Source of the DNA: Eledone cirrhosa
Taxonomy: Eukaryota
Direction: 5' to 3'
Length of the DNA: 64,000 nt
NCBI GenBank assembly: GCA_964016885.1
Contig: OZ024741.1
Location: 99,138,001 to 99,202,000, forward strand
Part shown: one piece after another, positions 17,425-31,765 of the stretch
Layout of the letters: each line of letters starts with the position of its first letter
Numbering within the stretch: the stretch's first letter is position 1
Notes under the pieces: model-generated
The model's database searches: none
What the model was told of the DNA's origin: nothing
What the model saw: the letters and a program-made list of their open reading frames with translations, nothing else
Translations under genes and position numbers: made by a program

Positions 17425-18678
17425 CTAACCGTTAGGGTATAACGTGGGGCTGTAATACAGGAAAGTTTTGTGCAATTTATGTTTACTAGCCGAAATTGCC
17501 TCAGATTTTTTGTTTAAGATGTGGTCTATGGCGTAGAGTATTTCCAGGACCTCAGTGACGCAGAGGTCACATGGTCTTTTATTTCCGTTATACGATCTAG
17601 CCCTAGCTAGGATCTCCCAGTGTAACTTATATTGGGTGTGGTTGTCTTTTAGACTCCAGATATAAGCTGTAAGTGACGTCATATTCCTTCTTAGAGGGTA
17701 ACGAAAAGAATGGGTATGCATGTAAAGACGCTGCTTGAATCTATTGGCGGTTAACCCTATGTAGGCCCTACGGGACGTGGGTGTTTCAACCTTACATTTG
17801 TAGACAATGTTACAAGAGAGGCATTTCCCGGATAGGGGGCAGTCAACCGGATTCCTACAATTACAGTTAGTACTAACTACAGGGTTGCACGTGTTCCTAC
17901 GGCTAGGTAGTTTAGCTAAATTTGAAGCTGTGATGTTATGTGCAAGGTTAGGAGTCGTAGAGTAAGAAATTTTAATAGTATTTCTATTAAAAATGTTACT
18001 ATATTTATGTATAGGGGGAAAATGCTTCGTAATAAGGAAAAGAAAGATCTTAGCTAAGGGTGTGGCCACCTCCATATTATATGGTGGGTTATACCAACAA
18101 ATGCGACGGGATCTATTTCTTCTAGGTCTATTTTCGTACTCTGTATATGCTACCTTATCGACAAATCCACTCCGAGCAAGAGCTTCATTGTGATAAGTAG
18201 AATGGTCGTTGAAAATATGCTCGTTAGTAGATAGACGGGAAAGCCTCAACGAAACGTTTCTTACCAGGTTCTTGGTTATGCTGGCAGGATGGTTGGAATG
18301 CTTACTTATGTAATTAAGCGTATCATTCGGCTTTCTATACGGGTAATACAACCCATTCGATAAATTGAGGGTAACGTCGAGGTAATTAACGACCGAGAGA
18401 TTGGCCTCAACCTGTATAGAAAGGTTGAAGCCTTTAAAGAAGGCTGTGAATTCTTTTCTGAACCTGTCGCAAGCATGAGGTCCGCACTTAGTCATGGTCA
18501 AAAGATCATCATCACGGTACAAACCACTGCCCGCGTTGGGGAATTCGTCCTTGATAGAGAAAAGAAGGAAAAGGCCGATAAAATCAGTAACCTCCGCAGA
18601 ATCGCTGGCGCCCATACTCACGTCGAATGGCGTACTATTGGATTTTTTAATCCAAATAGAGTCGTCGAAATTAATCAC
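17425..18678 (-). CDS. PLE reverse transcriptase (C-terminal half) + C-terminal GIY-YIG endonuclease, 5'-truncated
   Basis: FDVSMGA, LYRDD, YLDVTL, YRKP, WYNPPY, CNCRNPVDC (CxCX5C), IVYK..YIG..R...H, CDLC..E..LN. Confidence 0.9.
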   Translation of the reverse strand: MINFDDSIWIKKSNSTPFDVSMGASDSAEVTDFIGLFLLFSIKDEFPNAGSGLYRDDDLLTMTKCGPHACDRFRKEFTAFFKGFNLSIQVEANLSVVNYLDVTLNLSNGLYYPYRKPNDTLNYISKHSNHPASITKNLVRNVSLRLSRLSTNEHIFNDHSTYHNEALARSGFVDKVAYTEYENRPRRNRSRRICWYNPPYNMEVATPLAKIFLFLITKHFPPIHKYSNIFNRNTIKISYSTTPNLAHNITASNLAKLPSRRNTCNPVVSTNCNCRNPVDCPLSGKCLSCNIVYKCKVETPTSRRAYIGLTANRFKQRLYMHTHSFRYPLRRNMTSLTAYIWSLKDNHTQYKLHWEILARARSYNGNKRPCDLCVTEVLEILYAIDHILNKKSEAISASKHKLHKTFLYYSPTLYPNG

Positions 18679-18806
18679 CGACTTAATGACGTATTTTATT
18701 CGTTTTTTCCCGTTCTTTGCCAGGGAACGTTTCCACGAACCAAAGTATCGTCTTCCTGTCTTCTTCCGGTTGCAACGTTTTTTGAAATATCCACTTCTGC
18801 GTTTAC

Positions 18807-18880
18807 AGATTGACTTTGTTAGTTTCAGAACATCCCGTTAAGGGCGAAAGCAGCGATTCTTTGCTTAAACTTTAATCTGT
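18807..18880 (+). ncRNA. Hammerhead-like fold in the inverted pLTR (core CAGAACA, probably inactive)
   Basis: agttt-CAGAACA-tcccgttaagggc-GAAAgca..tgct-T-aaact. Confidence 0.45.
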
Positions 18881-18887
18881 TATTTTA

Positions 18888-18955
<68 letters not shown>

Positions 18956-19408
18956 GTGTGTGTGCGCGGGGACATGGAAATATTCGAGTGTCTGAGCGCG
19001 CGGATAGCCCAGTGGGAATGAAAGACCTTATTCCTTGTTAAGGAATCATCCTAAAAGAAGGCACTTGTAAGTCGATGGAAGCCAAATGATGTTGATCTGT
19101 CTCCTTTTGGGATACCTGTTTCCATTTTTCAATGGTCAGGTGCAAAGAAATCTTTCATTTAAAAAGCTTCAAACACAGGCATCACTTGATCTAAACGACT
19201 TTTACATGTTACTCATGTAAGATGGGTAACCATAGTTACTAAATGCTTCTTTTATTTATTTATTCACTGTAGCAAATGCAGAAAGGATATAAGTTCTTGG
19301 GAATGCTAAAACGTCATGTTTGTGCCATATATGTATGAGAAAAAAAATCAAGTGATGTCACCTCTTGGAATCGTGATGTAGTCCTCTTGTATGTATATGT
19401 ATGTTTGC

Positions 19409-19472
<64 letters not shown>

Positions 19473-19606
19473 GTGTGTGTATGTGTGTCTGTGTGTGTGT
19501 GTGTGTGTATGTGTGTTTGTGTATATATATATATATTACATCAAATTAAATTTCGATTAACCAATCCTTCCTGCCTAGTTATTCTTGTTTTTCTTGGTAC
19601 TATACT

Positions 19607-19644
<38 letters not shown>

Positions 19645-20721
19645 CTTTTGTTCAAACCCTATATTCACTACGCCTAATTTTACGCTTTTGCCTGACTTGA
19701 TCTGTGAAGTAGCTAAATAATTCCACTCTATCTCACAACTTTGAGTACTTTTTTCAGTTAGTTGTATGCACTAACGTGTAACCTTCACTCTTATTCATAT
19801 ATTACTTTATCACTGTGTGCATAAATGTGAATGCAGAGCCGCAAACATATGCGTGTGTGTGCTAGTGTGTGTGTTTGTGTGTGTGTGTAGAGAGAGGGAG
19901 AGAGAGAGAGAGAGAGAAATGCTTTTACTGAGCTAAGCATATGTATGTATGTAAGCATGCACTCGTTTATCCATACGCCTGGGTTTATGTGTAAAGGAAC
20001 ATGATTTTACATATATGCATACATGTTTATGTTTCAGCAGATATGTATGTATACATTTACTTATGTATGTATGTGTGCATGTATGTATTATGTATGTATA
20101 TATGTATGTATGTGTGTGTGTATGTATATATGTGTGCATCTGTGTGTGTATGTATATGTATGTTTGTGTTTGTTTCAAATATGTATGTGTGTAAGTGACC
20201 TCGTCTACCCATGAACTTCATATTCATGCTACATCGCTTCATATTTATCGAAGAACAGAAATTCTTTCGTAGAAATTGTAAAAATTCGTAGGAAAAGAAG
20301 TAAGAGAAAAGTGACGTGAACTCTTAAATACAAAAGCAAGCTATGTAAACTGAGAAATGAAACTTCTGACAGAAAGCGTTGGATTCGGTTTTGTGTTTGG
20401 CACCAGTTTGTCTTAAGAATTCTCTCATTTATGCTCCCATCAACACTAGTAATTTAAATCTCTCGTTTCCTGCTCAAAGATCGGAATCAATCCATTTAGA
20501 AAATACGAATAGAAATTTATTTATTTTAGAATTTTCCTGAAACATAATCTTAGATCTCAACACGACAGAGCAGTAATCGCTAAATTTTATGTCTGGTAAA
20601 TTATTGTCAAATTCATAATGAATGAAAAGTGGTGGCTGAGAGAATCGACCGACAACATTCCCTACGGTTCGTGTTTCCACTCTTCCAGCTTAAATCCCGT
20701 CCATGTCGACTTGGCCTTTTT

Positions 20722-20880
20722 TCATCATCATCATCATCATTATTGTCGTCATCATCATCATCGTCATCATTGTCGTCATCATCATCATCATCATCATTAT
20801 TGTCGTCATCATCATCATCGTCATCATTGTCGTCATCATCATCATCATCATCATCGTCATCATCATCATCATCATCATCA
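20722..20880. repeat. (CAT/CGT)n microsatellite
   Basis: Seen directly. Confidence 0.95.
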
Positions 20881-23094
20881 TTTTTGCATGTTGGCATGGA
20901 TTGGGCGGGTCGTTACAAACCATGTCGGTACATAATTGGCACTCAACATCAATCTCTTTACAGAGAGTACTATGTGCATTTTATTGTGGCACCAGCACTG
21001 CGGAGTTCTTGTTACAACTGATGAGTCCTTTCTATCATAAAGTTGAAATAATCAGCATTCCGCCTCCTTCTAAATATCTGACCTAGTACATTTGTTAGAA
21101 ATCAAAAACGGTGAATTAACTAAATGATGTTCAATGGCAGAATAGTTAAACTGCCTGCATAAATACCTTTCACTGTTCTTTGGGCGACCAAATATCTATC
21201 AGTCATGTATTAGTTTTGATCGTTCGTTGCGTTTCTCTTTTGTTTCTCTTTTGTAATCTGTCTTCCTGTATTACATTATCTAAGGGAGTTATTCCTAATC
21301 TTTATGATTTCCCGGTGGATTGAAGATCATATAAAACCATACCAGTACCCTTCGCGTGGTAAATTACAAACAGTTGTATTTCAAGTTTGAAGTTTAGAAA
21401 AAAATATAGGAAACTACAGCTTACTTTGTTTTGAATAGTACGTTGTTCAGACATTCAGGGATTAGTATGGATTTTCTAAAGTCTTTTAGTATGGATTTTC
21501 TAAACTTTTATATATCTGTGGCGCACACTATGAGAACCACTTTTCTACAATGATCATTTTTTTAAGACGGTGAAGTGAGATTTGAAGAAGATACAGCTAT
21601 TATTTCTTGTTGGTCAAGCAACTTCGTAGAGGTTCTCTCACTGGGTCGACTCCTCTATGATATTCTGCCAATGTAAGAAATAATTATGTCATATGTAACG
21701 AGTGTTGTAAAGCAAAAGGTTACCCCACAGATACATGATTGCAACCATGTAACTTCATTTTTTTTAAATATTAATGCCCGAGAATGCATGGACGTCACAA
21801 ACTGCTCTTTCTCTTCCAAACAACACAAGATCTCGTGTCTCATCGATATAATATTGCAGAATTTGGCATATCGATAACCAGTTTTGATTCTCGGTTGACA
21901 AAGTTGCTCCCGAAAAAAAATTAAGGTAGTTTGGGGTGATGAGAGAGCTGGCTGTGACAAAGCACAAGGCTACAGAAATTACTTTAATTAATTTCGTCTC
22001 TTTATGCCCTGATTTCAAAACATGAAAGAATGTCTTTCACTCCAGTATGTTTTTGTTTTTAATCACATTGCACGGTACATTAAACAAATACCTCCTACCA
22101 CAGCTGGGGTTAACCAAAGCACGCGAGTAAATTTTGGTTGGCACAATTTGATAAAACTCAACTATCACTCATTTTAAAATAACCACCAGGTTCTTTGCTA
22201 CCTTTATCAGAGGCCACTCCAACAGAGGCCTGCAGTCTGAAAATAACTCGCTATCTTCCTCCAGTCAGTCTCAAAGACCCTGAGAAGGATCATGAGAATT
22301 GCCCTTTATCCTGTGACAAAGTCAGCCAAAAAAAGTCAATTAGTGTTGTAGGTATAGTTTTCCAAGGTCAGCCCTAATAAAACAAATATCCGATCAAAGA
22401 CATTTTAATCATAACTAAACTATCTTTCGTTAGAATCATCTTTTATTTTGACGAGAAAAGTATTTGGCAGCTCTTTCTAGGACATCAAATAAAAGAGGAT
22501 CCCTCGTAGGATAGCTTCAATAAAAGCTTCAAAAATGTCGGTTGGAATCAATTAACTATACATCACTTTATTTATTCATGTTAATAACAAAGGCATGCAG
22601 TTATACAGTTTTGTTCCCATTAAATTTATTTAATGAAACAAGTAAAAATGAGCAACGGACTTCAATATTAGTCTCGATTCTATTTAACATTTGAATTCTA
22701 TCCTGCTAATCTCGGTTTCATCTTTGATCACCTGGAGAGTCGATAACTTAAGTAACTACAGTATAAAGTATGTGTATGAATGTATATATGTATGCTGTCT
22801 ATCAGTTCATATATATGTATGTTTATATATATATATATACTACTTTACAAAGTTTAATCGTGTGCTAAAGAATTTTTTTTCTTTTTTGATTTTCCTAATA
22901 AGGATGGTGGATATTGACGTCTGAGAAAATTATACAAACTACTATAATAATGATTCTAGTGAAGAGAATGGTGGTAATAAAGTGGATCATGATAGCGATG
23001 ATGACGTTGAGGAGGTGAGGAAGCAGAGGATAAACGCCACATGCCCCTCCTGCTACCACCACAAATTGTCTATTTTCCATAAAGCCATATAACC

Positions 23095-23801
23095 AACACC
23101 ACTACTACGACAACCACCATTATCACAACCACTACCCACTACCCACCACCACTATAATGGCTACCACCACAACTACCAACAACACAATCAATCCTATCAC
23201 CACTGAGAACCATATAAACACTACCACATCCATTGCTTATTACCACCAATATTCCTCCACCCACCCCATCTATATCCTCACCAGCTCCACCACTGCCACA
23301 GCCACCAACAGTAACAACAACACAAACAACAATACCAACAATAACAAACCACAAACAAAAGCACCTACACCTCCACCACCAACACCTCTACCACCACCAC
23401 CACTACCACAACCACTACCACCATCAGCACCACTACCACCACTACTATCACCACTACCACCACCACCTCCACCACCACTACTATCACCACTACCACCATC
23501 ACCACCACTACAACCACCATCACCACCACTACAACTACAACCACCACCACCACCACCAACACCTCCACCACCACTACCACTACTATCACCACCACCACCA
23601 CCACTACAACCACCACCACCACCACTACAACTACAACCACCACCACCACCAACGACAACACCTCCACCACCACTACCACTACTATCACCACTACCACCAC
23701 CACCACTACCACCATCACCACCATCTCCACATCATCATCACCACCACCACCACAACGACAAACACCACCACCACCACCACCACCACCATCACCACCACCA
23801 C
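23095..23801. repeat. Degenerate (CCA/CTA)n triplet tract
   Basis: Seen directly; gives poly-P/H/V frames. Confidence 0.9.
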
Positions 23802-24206
23802 TAAGATCTCTCAATCTAGCCGATACTGGCGCCATTCATTCGAGATGTATTCCATTGAAACATCTAACACTATCAAACCCCTCTTTTTTTTAGTTTGTTT
23901 AGTGTTGCTTTGTTTCGTGTAGCCATTAGTCTCCATCCCTTCCACTGCTCCCTTACAGTTCCCTCAGTCTGAGGCCACCCCCTATTATTCAACAGGTTCC
24001 TCTTCACTGCTTTCATCTGTTTACATGGCACAGTTTCACACCAGTAACTAATTAAACTGGCCTTGTTGGTGCAGAAACTCATCAATAACAACACGCGTCA
24101 CTATTACACAAGCGCTCTTTCCTTCTCTATAAAACACCTTCATTTATCTATCTATTTATCTGTTGCTTTGTCACCTCCACCTCCCACTCTCCCCTCTCTC
24201 TCTATC

Positions 24207-24297
<91 letters not shown>

Positions 24298-24442
24298 GTC
24301 TCTATCTATCTATCTAGCTCTGTCTCTCTCCCTCTTCCTCATACTATATTTTCTTCCATTCTGTGTCTATAGTTCTCTATTCTCTATTCCTTTCTAGTTT
24401 TCCTTTACTTTTCTATTTGCTTGTCTTAGACACACACACACA

Positions 24443-24565
<123 letters not shown>

Positions 24566-24767
24566 GAATATCTCTCTCTATATATATACACTCTCCCCAC
24601 CTCTCTCTCTATATATATATACAACTCTGTATTTGTATATATATAGAGTGAGACAGAAAACTGATGGAAACAGAGATACATATGCACCAAGCTCGAGTAA
24701 TTGCATTCATCGAAACATATTTAAAAGCACACACGAAATATGGGGAATGTTCTATACATGCTAATAG

Positions 24768-25250
24768 TAGCCCGCATGGGTGCATGGTTATGACCTTCGC
24801 TTTGTGACTACGGGGTTTTAGATTCGAACCCACTGCACATTACTTTAGATAAGTGTATTTTACTATAGCTTCGGATTGACCATTACTTTGTGAATAGATT
24901 TGGTGGAGGCAAGCACTTGGAAAGCCATTCGAATATATATTTATTTACTAGTTTCAGTCATTAAATAGCGGCCATACTGGAGCTCGGGATAGTTATTTTC
25001 AAATTTGGTACTTATTTTATCGATCTCTTTTTGTCGAAGTGCTCAGTGCGAGACATAAAGAAAGATTGACGTGTACGCACACGCAGGCAATTACATATAT
25101 CCAATGGAACCCCATACAGTTTCCCACTGGCAAATTTCACTCATAATGGATTGGTGAACTCTAGACTATAGTGGTAGACACTTGCACGAGGTTTCACGCA
25201 ATGGAACTGAATACGAAACCACGTGGTTGCGAGACGAACTCTTTTAACAA
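24768..25250. mobile_element. Cluster of old tRNA-derived SINEs (second family, two inverted copies, plus a third fragment)
   Basis: gattcgaacccactgc..aagtgt..actatagc..gatttgg (+, 24768-24930) and a reverse-complement-like copy at 25110-25250. Related copies at ~590-720 (-) and 51660-51765 (+). Confidence 0.6.
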
Positions 25251-25329
25251 CATAAAATATATCTTGCTTTTTTTTTTTTTTTTTTTTTTTTGTAGATTTG
25301 AAGGAAGGGCCAGTTCCCATGATTTTCAG

Positions 25330-25520
25330 AACTAGAGAGTCCTGCGAGGTACGCTTAAACTGTTTCAAGTCCACTCTCTTAGAAAAGATGGGAGTAGGAA
25401 ATGAGTTCCAGAGGGCAGACGTTCTGAGCAAGGAATGGATCTAATGGTTAGTACGAATATGAAACTTTAAGTGATGAGAGGATAAATATGTAAGTTAGGA
25501 GTATCTAAATGGAGGTTCCA
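25330..25520 (-). pseudogene. CR1/L2-type LINE 3' remnant
   Basis: Translates RTSALWNSFPTPIF...DLKQFKR, typical of a LINE ORF2 C-terminus. Confidence 0.6.
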
Positions 25521-25693
25521 TTTAGATATGTATGTATATATATATATCAAACTTGATAACATCAACACAATGCCTAAGTTGTCACTTTGAGAGTAAGCAG
25601 TATAATAAAACCACTTGTTGAACCCCTATCACAACATTTAGATTAAGCTATCTGTATTCTTCAAACCACTCTCTCCCATTTCTCCTACCCCTA

Positions 25694-25765
<72 letters not shown>

Positions 25766-26007
25766 TTTTCTACTCTATCTTCCCCAATTATTACTCCCTT
25801 TAAGAAATATTAAGAAACTATGATCCAGCCATATTAGTTCTGAAGAATTGGTGGTACGAACAGCATTTGAAAATTGAGTATCTGCAAATTAATAAATACC
25901 AATTTGCATATAGCATGACTAGACTGTGTAACTACTAAGGAAACATTTGTAAACACTTTGAATAAATTACCTTTTTATGATGTCTACCTGTTTTATTAAT
26001 CATTCTT

Positions 26008-26070
<63 letters not shown>

Positions 26071-26073
<3 letters not shown>

Positions 26074-26496
26074 TAAACGGAATAGAAAATGCTGACAAAT
26101 TGTTCACAGTTGAAAAATGGTTTAATTAGGAATAAAAGAGTATTAGTGATTGTATGGGTTAGTATTCAGTTGTGGTTTTAAGTTTTTAAGTTTTTACCGG
26201 TTGCGCATTTCTAAATGCTTTTCAAAAATAATTTTGAGATAGAGTGTCCGTGCTGATTGCTCAGATCAGAGCAAACAGCACGGACACTCTATCTCAAAAT
26301 TATTTTTGAAAAGCATTTAGAAATGCGCAACCGGTAAAAACTTAAAAACTTAAAACCACAACTGAATACTAACCCATACAATCACTAATACTCTTTTATT
26401 CCTAATTAAACCATTTTTCAACTGTGAACAATTTGTCAGCATTTTCTATTCCGTTTACCAATATATAATAACTTCTGTGTTACACCTCTATTCTTT

Positions 26497-26500
<4 letters not shown>
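26071..26500 (+). mobile_element. Near-perfect ~190-bp-arm palindrome plus tail in (TA)n (PLE fold-back remnant)
   Basis: 26071-26262 is the reverse complement of 26269-26460 around a tiny loop; ~40-nt tail; (TA)n flanks. Confidence 0.75.
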
Positions 26501-26575
<75 letters not shown>

Positions 26576-27146
26576 GTGTGTGTGTGTGTGTGTATGTGTC
26601 TGTGTGTGTGTGTGTTTGCGTGTGTGTGTGTGTATGCATGAACTCGAGCAAACGCAATCCATAAACATACTTTCAATCCCATAAACCAGACACTTGCCAC
26701 ACAAGATATAAAGTAGAAACCAATCAAAAAGATGCACAGAACACCCCAGCGTAACAACAACCAACCTATACCAATTACTGGTACGAAGACGATGGATATA
26801 ATCAGGCTGCAGCCGTTGTATTACGTGATTTCTGTATTACATACATCATAGAACTGTGACACCGATCAATAAAAAATCTCGAAAGCTCCTATACGATGCA
26901 ATCTTAAAGGAAGCCAGCTAAAACATTATGCAGATGAGAGCCATAAAACCGACGACATATGCATACACATATGCACATATGCATAAACATGTATGCATAT
27001 GTGTGTGTATGTGTGTGTGTGTGTGTGTGTATGTATATAACGATAAGCATATTTTTCATCGAGAAGACTTTCCTACTCCAAATTCAAGGTGATGGTTTCT
27101 TCACCTCCCTCTAACTATCCCTACCGTATTCTTCCTCTCTCTCCTT

Positions 27147-27214
<68 letters not shown>

Positions 27215-27362
27215 CTCTCTCACCCGCCTCATTCTCTCATCTCTCCTCTTTCTCTCATCTCTCTCCGCTATTCTCTGTCGCTCTCTCTCTCTCTCCCGCT
27301 TTCTCTTTCTCTTCTTTCTCTATCTCTCTTCCACTTTTCTTTTTCCCCTTCTTTATTTCTCC

Positions 27363-27414
<52 letters not shown>

Positions 27415-27938
27415 CTGACACTAACTCACTCTCCTTCCTGATGTTGCAAGCTCTCGCTTGCAACATCATCGGACTGAATAGCATGAAAATATCTTCTGTA
27501 AAAGTAATTCTCATTTCCACGACTACCCCCCCCCCCCCACATCACCACCTTCTTCTCATCCTCAACGTTACTATAACGATCAACAGCATCATCCTACATT
27601 CATCATTCACCCTCGCAGCTACTATCTCCCACCAAAGTCATTTAACCCCGAGAAGGTCGAGACGTTGAACCCGGTAATCGGTTTAAAATCTTAAATAGGT
27701 TGCATGCAAGTGTATATGTATATATATGTGTGTATATATATGTATATATACACACACACACACACATACACACACACACATACACACACATATATATATA
27801 TATGTGTGTGTGTGTGTGCATATGTATTTAAATGAGTCTGGGCGTGTGTGATAGATAGATAGATAGATAGATGTGTGTGTGTGCGTGTGTGTGTGTGCGT
27901 GTGTGTGTGTGCGTGTGTGTGTGTGCGTGTGTGTGTGT

Positions 27939-28008
<70 letters not shown>

Positions 28009-28137
28009 ATATTTATCATTTATTGTGTTTACGTTCGAGACCTCAGGACTTTAGACTGTGTATTCACAGGGTCATCAGACAGTATACTGATTTGAAGTGT
28101 GTGTATATGTATAATACACACATAAGTACACACACAC

Positions 28138-28250
<113 letters not shown>

Positions 28251-28806
28251 AGGGAGAGAGAGAGGGGGGATAGAGAGAAAGAGAGAGAGATGGAGAGAAA
28301 GAAAGAAAGAGAGAAAGAGAGATGAACAGATACGTCAGCTAATTGACAGTTGAATAGAAAGATCGATGAATCTAGATAGATTGATATGTATAGAAATATT
28401 TAAATAGTTTGGGAAGGTTAAATTGATTTATATATATGTATGTCTTTATATATATATGTGTGTGTGTATGTGTATGAATATATATATATATAATGAATAT
28501 ATATATATATATATATACATATGTGTGTGTGTATGTGTGTGTGTATGTGTGCGTGTGTGCATGTACATGTAAGTGTGTGCGATGGTGTGCGTGTGTGTGT
28601 AAATCTGTTTTACCGTACCGAGCTATTTAATACTTATATATCTTTATACATTCTTTTCAATCTAAGTTTATCAATCTTTCTATACAACTGTCAATTAACT
28701 AAGGCATCCCATTATTTATATGAATACATATCAATATGTGTGTGTCTGTGTGTGAGAGAGTGATTGTGTGTGTAGTATATATTTACACACGTAATTTATA
28801 AACATG

Positions 28807-28842
<36 letters not shown>

Positions 28843-28887
28843 TACACACACACACACACACACACAGATATATATATATATATATAA

Positions 28888-29570
28888 AAGAAGATCTTAC
28901 GTCTCCATAGGCAAGCAGAGGTTACCCATTACAAAATAGGCAAGTGGGTGTTATAGCCCTAGTCTACCCCCCCCCCCCCCCCGGGTCATTATGGGGTTTG
29001 AGGGCGAGGTAAGTCCTACGCAATCTATGTTTACATGTAGTAACCAGTTCATCTTTCTTGTTTAGGAGTTGGTCCGTCGAAAACAGCATTTGTAAAGTTT
29101 CCTCCGAGCATAAATTGCACGGACGGCGTCCTCCCGTGTAAGAATTGGCTCTGGACAGTAATTTCCAAGTGAGATCATAGTTGATGTCCTTGAGGTCCCA
29201 TATGTGGCCCGAAAGTGTAGTGGCGTGACGCCGGGCCGGGTTTCGGAAGGTATGTCTGTGTTGGTATAGCCGGGTCTTGAAGTCGCATGCGGTTAATCCT
29301 ATATAAGCTTTGTTGGAGGTGTCCGTGCTCACGTTGCACTGGTAGATCACATTACGGTCTCTGCATCTGTTGTCGAGGGGGCAACTGGATCTATCAGGAC
29401 AGTTGCACCTCCTGGTCGGCTCTCCACTGCTATTTAGGTTATTACTGCCATCGGGGTTGAGTTTTTTGTTGTTGGAGGAGACGATGTTTACGTAGGACTT
29501 ACCTCGCCCTCAAACCCCATAATGACCCGGGGGGGGGGGGGTAGACTAGGGCTATAACACCCCACTTGCT
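28888..29570 (-). mobile_element. Truncated PLE, second family, with inverted arm
   Basis: Arms 28940-29020 and 29491-29569; GIY-YIG fragment; (TA)n flanks. Confidence 0.88.
28964..29489 (-). pseudogene. PLE linker + GIY-YIG endonuclease fragment
   Basis: RCNCPDRSSCPLDNRC (CxCX5C), VIYQC..YIGLT..FKTRLYQH, CNLC.EE..LLNKK..CKH; homologous to the 17425 ORF. Confidence 0.88.
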
Positions 29571-30136
29571 TATATATATATATATATATACAAGTTAAGT
29601 GTATGAAACATTATACTATATATATATATACATGTTAAGTGTATGAAACTTTGTACTATATATATACATATATATATATATGTATGTGCGTATACATACT
29701 TACATTTAAGTATCAGCCGTATTAAGAGTGAGAAATGAAATTTTCGTTTCATTCTTTTCCATTTATCATTTTCGGTGCGCCCGGCAGACTAACCCACTCG
29801 ATATGCAAATTAGGCTGCTCGGCCGTTAATATGCATACGGAAAGCATATACTTTCAAACGTTCAATCATCTGACAGGAAGGTATACGATGCTGACGATAG
29901 CTAATAAGCTTGAAACTAGTTCATCGTTCCTTTGTCAGTGTTGAACAGATGAGCAACGATGGTTGCCGAACACTGTACGGCTTAATTCGGGCTGTTCGTT
30001 TACAAACAAACCGAACATTATAATAAATTGTTCAGTAAACCCATACGTACATATATATATATATATATATGTGTGCATGTATGTATATATATACATACTA
30101 CTGTACGTCTGTATACATATATGTATGTACGAATAC

Positions 30137-30184
<48 letters not shown>

Positions 30185-30453
30185 AATAAAGTTTCATACG
30201 CTTAACATATATGTGCGACCATTGGTTTCGGGATCCAATTATGGCCATCACTGTATATTGGAGGAGGCTTTTCCAAATTAACCCCTCACCGGGAACTGGG
30301 ACAAATGTACCAGTTCGTCACTTGCTTTAGATTGACTATTGTTTTCCTTGATCTTTTATCTACGGATATCCTGCATTTGCATTTAATATACATACACACA
30401 CATTCACACATACATATATATATATATGTATATAAGTATGTGTTTATATACAT

Positions 30454-30488
<35 letters not shown>

Positions 30489-30949
30489 CAAATATATATA
30501 TATATATATATATTTAAAGGTTAAACAAGGTTCAATGAATAAATCAAAGAATAAATTTTTACAATAGATTAGAAGCACTCCAAAGTTATTATTCTTCTTT
30601 GCCTCTCTATGCTTAATCAATTTTCTTTCGCTTTCGTGCATAAGATATTTCTATACTTCTAGTAACTATCTTTTTCCTCATCTATTTTTCTCTCTATCTT
30701 TCACTTCTTCTTTCTTCAATAATTTAAATTATTTGAATCTCTAACAGTTATGTAAATTTCTATTATATTAGTAGTTGTTTATTATTAAGTATTTTTATAA
30801 GCTTTCTCACACGCACCCTCTGTATTATATGTAATTGTTTCATGTCTCAATCTTAAGGTATATAAATATTGAGTTTTGTCATATCTTATTCACTGCCATG
30901 ACTGAATTTTAACCATCTACTTAGTCAGGGTATGTCATGCATCATCTTA

Positions 30950-30992
30950 TTTTATTTGATGAGGACGTACCTCTGAAATATATATAATAAGA
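30950..30992 (+). ncRNA. Minimal type I hammerhead candidate (C3U)
   Basis: ttttat-TTGATGA-ggacgtacctct-GAAAt-atat-at-A-ataaga, inside a (TA)n-bounded block 30514-31040. Confidence 0.4.
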
Positions 30993-31044
30993 TATACTTG
31001 ATCATACGAATGTCTATTTTTGTTAATATTTTGAATTAATATAT

Positions 31045-31084
<40 letters not shown>

Positions 31085-31105
31085 GCGGTATATATATATA
31101 TATGC

Positions 31106-31177
<72 letters not shown>

Positions 31178-31428
31178 TGGTTACACAACAGTTAGTTCAC
31201 CATACCGAGAACAATTGTTTCACCCTAGCGGATCCTCAGCTCATAATGGACATAGTTATACGGAACAGGAAGGATAACCGTACGAATGCGCATGCGAAGA
31301 AACCGTCACTTTACACAGGCAATACTAAAAAGCCTGCGAGAGATGTAAGGGAGATAACTGTGAAAGTCCGAAAAGTTTCTAGTTGGTAAGAAAATTATGA
31401 TGTTGTGATTCAATCCGGAGCTTTGTAG

Positions 31429-31765
31429 TTATGTAAGAGGTGTTTCGAGACGTGTGGACAACGTGTGAAGAATACAAAAACTCGTGTTTAGGCAATCACT
31501 ATTGCATAATCTCTTTAGAATATTTATTCGTTCATCAATACATAGTCCACACGACGGATTTCCCCTTGCGTATCGCTTGGACTTAGTGATGGCTTTCCAT
31601 TGAATGGAGTAGTCTATACTTGACTCCTTGAGGGACCATACGTGACTCGCGAGTTTCGTGGATGAACGTTTGTCCGAGTACCTAAAGGTCGGCTGGTGGT
31701 TCAGGAAGCGTTCCATAAATCGGCCCTCCGCCATACCCACATAGGATTTGACTCCTGTGGTTGAC
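31429..31765 (-). pseudogene. PLE GIY-YIG endonuclease fragment
   Basis: YVGMAEGRFMERFLNH..TKLASHVWSLKE..IQWK..CGLCIDE..LN. Confidence 0.85.

Larger units (their letters stand above)
16337..18893 (-). mobile_element. Penelope-like element (probably Hydra clade), 5'-truncated, with inverted 5' pLTR
   Basis: RT+GIY-YIG ORF. Inverted arms 16421-16632 and 18684-18893, unique tail 16337-16420, (TA)n on the right. Confidence 0.9.

Noticed and set aside
23157-23922. Extensin-like Pro-rich or His-rich ORFs
   Set aside because: Degenerate CCA triplet tract open in several frames; no domain or splice evidence
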